Of a stretch of 64,000 bases of DNA, positions 56,196 through 64,000 are shown piece by piece. The DNA is from an uncultured Victivallales bacterium (GTDB taxonomy: Bacteria; Verrucomicrobiota; Lentisphaeria; Victivallales; UBA1829), in the NCBI GenBank assembly GCA_934644965.1, contig CAKUDG010000016.1, forward strand, positions 1,180-65,179. The letters run 5' to 3'. The position numbers and the translations under genes are program-made. Positions within the stretch are counted from its first letter, which is position 1. Every line of letters starts with the position of its first letter. The notes under the pieces were generated by a model. It saw nothing but the letters and a program-made list of their open reading frames with translations. It ran no database searches and was not told the DNA's origin.

Positions 56196-56524
56196 CCTTC
56201 TGCATAACAGTAGATTATCGTCGAAGAGAGAACTGCTGAAGAAAAAGTTCCGTTGCATGTTTCCTGCCTTCCTTTCTGTTGATGGGACTGTCTCTGCCTG
56301 AAAAAGCCGGCATGCTCATGCTGATCCATGATGTTTTTTTGCATGCTGCCCCCCTCGGCGTTGTTCTTTTTTTCCGTTTTTTTCTTGTCGTTGCTCTGTT
56401 CTTTCCTTCCGGGGAGAGTGTGTGCGATTATGCTGAAAATCAAAAAGGAGCTGTTCCTGCTTCCGTGTTGTTGGTGTTGTAGTGTTGCTGGTATCCGATT
56501 TCCTTTTTTTCTGCAGCTGTGATT

Positions 56525-58626
56525 TTACTTGCCGCCGTCTTCCCGGGGCGGTGCCGGGAGAGGGGGGCGCTCGGGGGAGTTTTTCCGGTGAAGGTTCCGC
56601 TGTGCGGCAATGGCTTTTGACCAGGGTTCGGCAAAGACGCGGAAGCGTTTCAGCTCCATGGGGGTGTTATCCTGTTCCTTTTCCATTTCTTCGGAGAGGA
56701 GAGAAGTGTCCTCGCCGATGGATTCTGGTTCGGAGAGGAGATCCAGAGCGTCGATTCCCGGTTCCTGTTTTCCGGCCTGAGAGGGCGGTGTTTTTCCAGC
56801 AGCAGCGGTACTGCTGTTGTCTCCGAGAATGCTTCCGGCTTTTTTCAGAAGAGCTTCCAGACGATCCAGCACCTCGGGCGGGAAAGGCGCCCTCTGATTG
56901 CCGGATGCGGAGATGTACTTGTCATAACTCTCCGTCAGGACCTTGTGGAATTCCTTGAGGAGTGCTCCCGCCTCCGGTCCGTAGAAGAGCTCCCAGTGCT
57001 CGTCAAGTGCCGCCTGAACATTGAAGTCCGGATTCCAGAGACTCCGGTACATGACATAAAATGCGTAGTAGTAACACCATTCCAGCGAACCGTAGTAATC
57101 GAAGAAGACTTCGAGACTGCCCGCTCCACCGAGCTGCCGAAGAGTCTCTCCGGTCAGGGAGGGGACCACGGCCCTCGCAAAGGGATTCAGCGCTTCATTG
57201 TAGAGCCAGATTCCCGCGGCGCTCCGGCCTCCGAGGACTTCCTGCCAGTCGCGGAAGAGTTTCTGCCAGCTTTCCCGGGTGGGTGTATGACGGATCAGTC
57301 CCGGCAGGTTTCCGGGGCAGATCTGCACATCCACGTTGTCCGGAAAGCGGCGGAACTCTTTGCTTGCGGGAGGACGCTTGTAATTGGCGTAGGCAATCAC
57401 GGAAAGACGCGAATCCGGGCATTCTTTCTTCAGACGTTCGGCCAGCAGGATTGTGAAGCGTCCATAGATTTCACCGAATCCGTTGTCATGATCCAGAAGC
57501 CCGAGTTTCTGCACGGTGGGGTCAGCGCGCATGTCTTCAGTCCTCACATCCGAATCGCATTGCCCGAAGGGGAGGTATTCTCTGCTGGGGACGATGTCTC
57601 CGTCCTCGAAAACGGATTTTTCTCCATGGAGGAATTTTTTGTATTCCGCAACAAGCATGTCCGCCAGCAGCGGATTTGTGACATCGAAATAACTTCCTGT
57701 GGAACTTCCGTTGTAGTAAAGCTTTCCTTCCGCCGACCGGAAAAAGAATTCCTTCATCCGTTCTGGATATGCCTCCGCCACATTTTTCGGCGCAGGCATG
57801 TGGAGTGCCCGGTACGGCACCTGAATCCGGAAGCGCCAGGATCCCGCCATCCGTTCTGTTTCGGAAATGGGGGGATTCCTTTGCCGGTGGGCAGAGGACC
57901 TCCGAGGTTTTCGGTCTGGAAGAGAGCGTTCCAGCGCTGAGTTTCCGTGAAACCGGTGGATAGGAAATAGCCCTGATTGACATTCTGGATCCGGGGATAA
58001 TCCGAATAGGACATCGGGCGGAGTGTCAGGTTCCGGATCTGCGGCCAGATGCTCCCGAATTCTCCCGGCAGATAGATCCTGACCCCCAGAAACCGTTCGA
58101 TGAAATCGTAAGCCGCATGCACTGTCCCGGCAATCTGTATTTTCCGGTTCTTCCCGTTTTCATGAAATCCGGGCACATGGCTGGAGTCAAAGCCCAGCAG
58201 ATAGACCGCGTTCCCTGACGTGTGGACGAGAAATCCGCCCCTGGGCAGCAATTCGCCCTTCAGCTGTTTCCTCTCTGCGGCATCCGTTTTGCCGACATAG
58301 ATCATGGTTTTGAAATATCCGGTCTCATTGGGGGACGAATGGTTTTCCACGAAGAGTTTCGGAATTTTCCCAGTGCATCGGAAAAACGCATCTCTCAATA
58401 CATTCGCGGCTTTTCTGGCTTCCGGTCCTCCTTTCAGGCTGATCATCACGGCAAAGGATAGTTCACCGTTCCTGACGAGTTCCAGATCCGGATGGGATTC
58501 CGCCTCCTGCACGCTGACCGGGAGCAGTGCGGGATGGAAAAGGGGATCGTTTGAAACGGGGACCTTTCCTGCAGCGGAAAGCAGCAGGGACAGACAAAAA
58601 AACAGGATGGAAAGTCTTCTTCGCAT
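56525..58626 (-). pseudogene. DUF4838 paralog split by a frameshift near 57851-57875 (no CBM9 tail)
   Basis: ORF 57754..58707 aligns by eye to the N-terminal third of 51299-53737 (FAV...GKIP...AYDFIERFLGVR). ORF 56525..57850 aligns to the middle part (YRALHMPAP..., ICPGNLPGLIRH, EWCYYYAFYVMYRSLWNPDFN, MELKRFRVFAEPW). The junction IPPFP / ERM corresponds to IPEPNRM in the paralog. Confidence 0.7.
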
Positions 58627-58829
58627 GGGAACATACTCCGGATTGCTTTTTTCATCGCTTGCCTGGTACATTGCAGGTATAATAAATGATGCCTCAGAAT
58701 TTGTCAACCCCTTTTTTTTGTTTTTTTTGCATATTCCTTTCAGAAAAACAAAGTTGAATGCTTGAGATATTGCATGCTGAAGCTATAGTACCCCGGTATG
58801 CTTGCGATAGACCTGCGGAGATGGAGTCA

Positions 58830-59978
58830 ATGAGTGCCTTACAGCGCATGAAGCGGGATGTGATTTTTGAATGGCTGCGAGAGCGGATTGTGTCGGGTTT
58901 TTATCCGGCGGGGCTCCGTCTGCCTATGGAACGGGATCTGGCGCAGGAATGTTCCGTTGCCCGCGGAACCTTGCGGAACGCCTTGCAGATGCTGGAGGAA
59001 GAGGGGTTTCTGGAACGGATCCGGGGGCAGGGGACTTTTGTTCGGAATCCAGTCCATGGGAAACGCCGGGATCCGGGAAAGGTCCTCAGCATTCTTGTCC
59101 CCTGCGCGGATTATCTGACCGTTTCCGATCTGTACCAGAGAAGACGCGAACAGCAGTACTGGACCGCCATCCTGCGCGCCGCCCGGGAGTGTGCCTGCCG
59201 GATCGAGACCATTGAATTCTCCCCGAGCAATTCCCCAGATGATGTGGACTGGAAGGCCTTGAAAAGATTGACTTCGGAAAGCAGGGTGATTATCTCCAGT
59301 CTCTGGTATGAGAAAGCGTTTGAATTTCTTGCCGAGAGGCATGTGAAAGTCGCGTTGATCCGTATGCGGGATTTTGACCTGGAACGTTATCAGGGCATCT
59401 TTGCAAACTGGATTGATTTCTTTTATGATTCCCTGGATTCAAGCTGCCTTGCAGTCAAAAAGCTTCGTTCGCTGGGCTGCAGGAGAATCGCCAATGCCGG
59501 GAGATACGTCCTGGACCGATACAACAACAAGACCATCGGATATCAGCGTGCGCTTGCCGGAATGGCGGGAATGCCGGAAGGCGGATTGAACATCGACATT
59601 TCATCGGAGGACTGCTGTTGCGAGTCCCTGCTGCGGACCAGAATTTCTGAAAGCTGGAATCAGATGCATTTTGACGGGCTCTTTTTTGAAAACTGCGATT
59701 ATTCATTTGATCCGCGTTTTTCTTTGAACCGAAACCTCGGTATTCCGGAACATGTCCGGATCATCTCCTTTTTCGACACGCCGCAGAATCTGCAATACCG
59801 TCCTCAGATCAGCGCGCTGGAGCACAATGTCCCGGGCGGTTTCTATGAAATGACAAAACTTCTGCTTGCGGAAGAGTATATTCCTCTTCACAAACGCTTT
59901 GACATGACCTTTTTCAACCGGGAATCCACCGGAGGCGCCTATCAGAAGCCGCCGCACCAGGGAGTTCCGCTGTTTTAG
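58830..59978 (+). CDS. GntR-family HTH regulator fused to a LacI/periplasmic sugar-binding-like effector domain
   Basis: LPMERDLAQECSVARGTLRNALQMLEEEGFLERIRGQGTFV (GntR wHTH), then a ~300-aa PBP-type domain. The start could be 58821 or 58830 (SD spacing favours 58830). Confidence 0.8.
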   Translation: MSALQRMKRDVIFEWLRERIVSGFYPAGLRLPMERDLAQECSVARGTLRNALQMLEEEGFLERIRGQGTFVRNPVHGKRRDPGKVLSILVPCADYLTVSDLYQRRREQQYWTAILRAARECACRIETIEFSPSNSPDDVDWKALKRLTSESRVIISSLWYEKAFEFLAERHVKVALIRMRDFDLERYQGIFANWIDFFYDSLDSSCLAVKKLRSLGCRRIANAGRYVLDRYNNKTIGYQRALAGMAGMPEGGLNIDISSEDCCCESLLRTRISESWNQMHFDGLFFENCDYSFDPRFSLNRNLGIPEHVRIISFFDTPQNLQYRPQISALEHNVPGGFYEMTKLLLAEEYIPLHKRFDMTFFNRESTGGAYQKPPHQGVPLF

Positions 59979-60296
59979 ATCTGGTCTTTCCCCGCATTCT
60001 TTTCTCTGGAGACGCTTCCTCATCTTCATCCGGATCCGTTTTCTCCCGGGGAAAAACAAGCCTTGAAGGAAGACTTGCCTCCGCAAGAACTCCCCTCTTC
60101 ATCCGTGTTTTCTTTGAAGAATTTCCTCCTGAAACACAGAAAAACTGCCGCTTTTTTGCTTCCCTAACCTTGACAAATTGCAGAAATCAGATATAATTCA
60201 GGGAATGTGCTATAACGATTGTGCAAATATGACATGTTTCCCTCTGAAATTTCCGTGCTTCAGTCAGGGGGACAATGAAAAAGGAAGGTTTTAGAT

Positions 60297-61175
60297 ATGT
60301 CCGGGACAGGAGACAGGTGCAAAAGAGGAAGAACGGATTATTTGTTTTGCTCATTTACATTGATTGAACTGCTCGTAGTCCTTGCTGTGATTGCAATTCT
60401 GGCGTCACTTCTTCTTCCTGCTCTGAGGACAGCCCGCGAGTCGGTGAAACAGATCACCTGCCTTGGGAACCTGAGGCAAATCTATTTCGGATTTGAATGT
60501 TATGTTTCGGACAATCAGGAATATTTTCCTCCGGGAGGAGGCTCATCATACGCCACATGCGATTTCAGCAAGGGGGCGAGAGAAGTCATAAGCGGTACGG
60601 ATTTTGCATGGCAGGAAATCATCGCGGAATATCTGGGAACGCATCTGGACATCAGATCCTGGAGTTTGACGAGTCAGACGATTCTGGAAAACCAGCATTT
60701 CTGGAGCCGTTCATCCATCGTGCACTGCAGCAGTCTTCCCTCCGACAGCATCATAGAAAAATACAGCGCACCGGGGATTCCTCCGAACAGAAGGAGTTTC
60801 TATTACGGCCCCACTTATAAAATGAACGGTCCTCTCTCCCAGGCCAAAAGGAGCCGTTTGCCGGCCATGCGCACCAGAAGATACCTCCTGGTGTCGGAAG
60901 GCTCCGACTATGACACGACTCTGTATGTGGAATCCTTCCCCGGAGTCAACCGTTCCGGAGGAACTTATTGAACAGGAGTTTTCCTGGAAGACAAAAACGA
61001 CGGACGCCATAACTCCCAGACAAACAATTTGTACATGGATGGATCCGCAGCCTCCATGAGCAGCAGTGAAAAATGGAAGGAATATTCCGAAGGATGGGCA
61101 AAGAGACAGGAAAATATTTACTACAAAGGACAGATCTTCCCCTCCAGTGCGGAAAGAATCGCCCTCTGCCGTTAA
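60297..61175 (+). pseudogene. DUF1559-type pilin-like gene with a single in-frame TGA at 60969-60971
   Basis: The leader [24 protein letters not shown] is in ORF 60297..60971. The same reading frame continues after the TGA as TGVFLEDKNDGRHNSQTNNLYMDGSAAS (H-x9-DG) to a TAA at 61173-61175. The total of 292 codons is similar to intact paralogs. Confidence 0.7.
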
Positions 61176-61687
61176 ACAAAGAATTCGTTGACAGTTTTTC
61201 TTTTCCCCTCCCGGGAAGAGAAGGAACGTTCAAAAGCGGAAAAAACAGCCCGTCTGAAGAAAACAAAACGAAACAAAAAAATAAAAAGAAAAAAAGAAGT
61301 CCCCGTTCAAGATGCCGGGGAAGCTGATTTTGACAGAAACAAGCCGGGCACGTCCTTACCGGAAAAGCGGTGAGGTGACAATAGGATGAGGATGCCCTGG
61401 GCTCTATGATTTCTGCAAGAAATCTTCCCTTCAATCAGAAAAGGAGAAAAAACAGAAAGATCCTGAAACTCAAGAATTGAACCCCCGCCCGGATCTGATT
61501 CCGGGACCGGATAATCCGTCCTGGTCCAGACGTTTCGGGCGGAATCTTTCTTTTCCCGTCCCCCAGGCTGAGGGCTAAGACGGAAAAAGAAGGTTTATCC
61601 GCACCCTGCCTGTTTCCGCGGACGATCCTGATCCGATGGGAAACTCGGCTTGAATGATTGATTGCTTAACACGCAGAGGAAGACAGA

Positions 61688-63637
61688 ATGAGGGAAAAAC
61701 AACAAATTCAGCTGTGGATTTTTGCCATATTGACGGCATTGTCGCCGATTCTGACGGCACAAGTGGAGACAGTGCCGGAATCGGAGTTGAAACGTTATGA
61801 AGCGATGCTGCCGGAGCTTGCCGGGAAGGCGAAGGGGCCTCTTGCCGGACATTTGAAAAAACTCTCTGCAGAGCAGCAGCGAGGGAAACGGGTGAATGCG
61901 CTTCGTGTCGCCCTGGATTCCATGGAAAACGGAGTTGGAACACGTCCGCTGATTCATTATGCCGTTCCGGCTCTTTCGGACGCCCAGTATCTGCCGGACG
62001 CCTATCCGTATAACGGCCGTCCGATGGCGCCCGTGCGGATTATCGCCGCACGGGGAGAATATGAACCGGGCTCTTTCATCCTGTATCCTTTTTCGGATCT
62101 GGGACGCGTGGAGCTGAAGCTTTCCCCTTTGAAAACGGCGGACGGCGTGGTTTTCCCCGTGGCGAAAGCGGATCTGAAAGTGGTCAAGGTCTGGTATCAG
62201 GACAAGAATGCCTGGTACAGCTATTTCGGCGACCAGGAGCTGAAACTCGTTCCGGAGCTGCTGCTGAATGACGAAGACTTGATCAAGGTCGATACCGTCA
62301 CAGAAAACAATTATGCGCGTCTGACGGAAAAAGACGGCAGCGTTTCATACCGCTGCATCACTCCTCCGATGATCCTTGATTCCGTCATGATGGACCAGCC
62401 GCGCCGGGGATCCGATGCACCCGTATTCCGTCCGATGAAGGAAAATTTCCAGGATGCGCCTGTCTTGCAGCCCGTCACTTTGAAATCAGGAGAATTCAAA
62501 CAGTTTTTCCTGACCGTGCAGATCTCTGAAGATGCCGTCCCCGGGATTTACCGGGGAACTGTCCATGTTGAGAAAGACGGTTCGCTTCTCGCGGACATCC
62601 CATTGGAACTGAAGATTCTGCCGTTTGTCCTTCCGAAACCGAAAACCTATTTCGCTCCCGACCGCAATTTCATCGTGTCTTCCTATTCTTATTTTGACTA
62701 TAACAGCATCATGAGGTGGAACGGGGGAGATTATGATCTCGCCGTCAGACAGCTGAAAAGCATCCTGAAAAACCTGGCCGCGCATAATCAGGACGTATAC
62801 TGGCTCCGAGGGGACTTCTACTCCAGAGAACTCCGCGATCAGTACGAAGCCATGAAAGAGGCCGGTATGAGGACAGACATCATCTTCGGCTCCTCCCCCC
62901 GGAACGGTCCGGAGTGGATGCTGAAACAGGATGTGGCGTCCGCAAAAAAATATGCGCTTGATCATTTCGGGCATGTCAACGTTTACCTGGGCTATGGCGA
63001 TGAACCGAACGGACAATGGCTGATGAATGCCAGAAAAGTGCATCATGCCTACCAGAAGGAGGGATTCCGCTTCCTCATGGCAGGATGGGATTCGCTCTTC
63101 CACAAGGCGGGCTATCTTTATGACTGGGTCAACTCCGCCGGGGCTCCGGAACAGCAGAGAGACCGCGTCCGGCGATGGAATGAAATCGGTCATGCCAATG
63201 TCGCGTGGTATGCCACTCATCATGAGGGAGTGGAAAATCCCTCCTTCAGCAGGAGACAGAACGGACTGGCTCCCTATCTGAACAATTTCAGCGCGCTCTG
63301 CAACTATGCGCATGCTCTCGGACCATGGAACGACCGTTCGCACACCTACCGGAATATGACCATCATGTACGGATGTTATGACGGCGTGATCGACACTCTG
63401 GCATGGGAAGGCTTCCGGGAAGGGATTGATGACATCCGTTATGCCACGCTTCTCAGGCAACTGGCCCTGGAAGCCTCCCGTTCCGGAAACATCGACACCG
63501 CTTATGCCGGACGCATCTCACTTTATTATCTTGCCTCCCTGAATCCGGAAAGCGTCGACCAGGACGCCGCAAGGATGGAGATGATTCATCACATTCTGAA
63601 ACTCCGTACTCTTCTCGGAAAGGAAAAACAGTCATGA
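61688..63637 (+). CDS. Secreted putative glycoside hydrolase (DUF4091 / GH123-like)
   Basis: Signal peptide IQLWIFAILTALSPILTAQV. An N-terminal beta-sandwich-like block with AARGEYEPGSFILYP, then a TIM-like region. The family call is from memory and moderate. GAGGAAG SD lies upstream. Confidence 0.6.
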   Translation: MREKQQIQLWIFAILTALSPILTAQVETVPESELKRYEAMLPELAGKAKGPLAGHLKKLSAEQQRGKRVNALRVALDSMENGVGTRPLIHYAVPALSDAQYLPDAYPYNGRPMAPVRIIAARGEYEPGSFILYPFSDLGRVELKLSPLKTADGVVFPVAKADLKVVKVWYQDKNAWYSYFGDQELKLVPELLLNDEDLIKVDTVTENNYARLTEKDGSVSYRCITPPMILDSVMMDQPRRGSDAPVFRPMKENFQDAPVLQPVTLKSGEFKQFFLTVQISEDAVPGIYRGTVHVEKDGSLLADIPLELKILPFVLPKPKTYFAPDRNFIVSSYSYFDYNSIMRWNGGDYDLAVRQLKSILKNLAAHNQDVYWLRGDFYSRELRDQYEAMKEAGMRTDIIFGSSPRNGPEWMLKQDVASAKKYALDHFGHVNVYLGYGDEPNGQWLMNARKVHHAYQKEGFRFLMAGWDSLFHKAGYLYDWVNSAGAPEQQRDRVRRWNEIGHANVAWYATHHEGVENPSFSRRQNGLAPYLNNFSALCNYAHALGPWNDRSHTYRNMTIMYGCYDGVIDTLAWEGFREGIDDIRYATLLRQLALEASRSGNIDTAYAGRISLYYLASLNPESVDQDAARMEMIHHILKLRTLLGKEKQS

Positions 63638-64000
63638 AAAAAGCACCGTTTCCATGTTTCCTTTTTCTCTGCCTCCTCCTCGGCAGTGTTCTGCCATGCA
63701 CCTTGAAAGGGCAGAGCGCTGAAGAAAAGCAGAAACAGCAGATCCGGATCATAGAACAGGAAAGTCCGGGAACAACACTTCAGGAGAGGATCAAGGTTTT
63801 CCGGAATTATGCGGATTCTCTTGCGGGAAACCGCTATCAGGCGCATCAGCCGGTTGATACGCTGTACCGCCTGGCCGATCTGCTGATGAGACATCCGGAC
63901 TTGACAGGAAATGAGATCTTTCAAATTCAGCAGACGCTCTGGAAAGCCGCAAAAAATGTCGAAGACCATGAAAAACGCCTGGCTGCAGCCGATCTTGTGA
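63634..64000 (+). CDS. Secreted hypothetical protein, 3'-truncated by the window end
   Basis: ATGA overlap with the upstream stop (63634-63637). MKKAPFPCFLFLCLLLGSVLPCTLKGQ signal peptide. The frame is open to position 64000 (translated by hand, no stops). It is not in the ORF track because it has no stop. Confidence 0.65.
   Translation, partial: MKKAPFPCFLFLCLLLGSVLPCTLKGQSAEEKQKQQIRIIEQESPGTTLQERIKVFRNYADSLAGNRYQAHQPVDTLYRLADLLMRHPDLTGNEIFQIQQTLWKAAKNVEDHEKRLAAADLV

Noticed and set aside
60969-60971. In-frame TGA as selenocysteine or as evidence of an alternative genetic code (TGA = Trp/Gly)
   Set aside because: Many well-supported genes in the window terminate at TGA, including four verified ATGA stop/start overlaps (10395, 13215, 47450, 63634). 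I saw no obvious SECIS-like hairpin immediately downstream. A nonsense mutation or sequencing error is more parsimonious.
1-64000. Search for tRNA, rRNA, tmRNA, CRISPR arrays, transposases, integrases, toxin-antitoxin pairs and known defence genes
   Set aside because: I saw no T-arm GGTTCGAATCC-type motifs in a plausible tRNA context, no regularly spaced direct repeats, and no DDE, tyrosine-recombinase or serine-recombinase motifs in any ORF. The window appears to be core chromosome plus a glycan-utilisation accessory locus.

Overview
64-kb bacterial chromosomal window of moderately high GC. It most likely comes from a PVC-superphylum organism (Lentisphaerota / Verrucomicrobiota / Planctomycetota-like). 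The basis is four paralogous genes with a prepilin-type leader (FTLIELLVV) plus an H-X9-DG motif (DUF1559 type), and two DUF4838 paralogs. I support about 50 protein-coding genes, mostly housekeeping and carbohydrate metabolism. Positions 31-21301 are almost entirely minus-strand: ABM monooxygenase, beta-helix glycosidase, MscS, DnaQ-like exonuclease, DinB, an unknown three-gene operon, Xth, a second exonuclease, a Cache-sensor Ser/Thr kinase, a KamA-like radical SAM enzyme and Pgi. Next come a GH32 gene, a minus-strand redox/catabolic block with a LacI regulator, exbB-exbD-tonB, and a plus-strand block (ROK kinase, heptose kinase, YmdB, NadC, RuvA). A peptidoglycan-recycling-like cluster with an embedded FHA-kinase lies at 42.2-46.8 kb. 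From 48.9 kb to the window end there is a polysaccharide-utilisation-like locus built from pilin-like DUF1559 genes, DUF4838 genes and putative glycoside hydrolases around a GntR/sugar-binding hybrid regulator. Three genes in that locus are disrupted (two frameshifts, one in-frame TGA). I found no rRNA, tRNA, CRISPR array, transposase, integrase or phage genes. Non-coding features are a ~80-bp three-hairpin bidirectional-terminator repeat present three times, a 3 x 14-bp tandem repeat that builds stacked promoter-like hexamers, and several unusually long ORF-poor intergenic regions rich in GGAA/TTCC. All family assignments come from motif recognition by eye; no searches were run. Many long ORFs in the supplied track are antisense shadows of real genes and were rejected.
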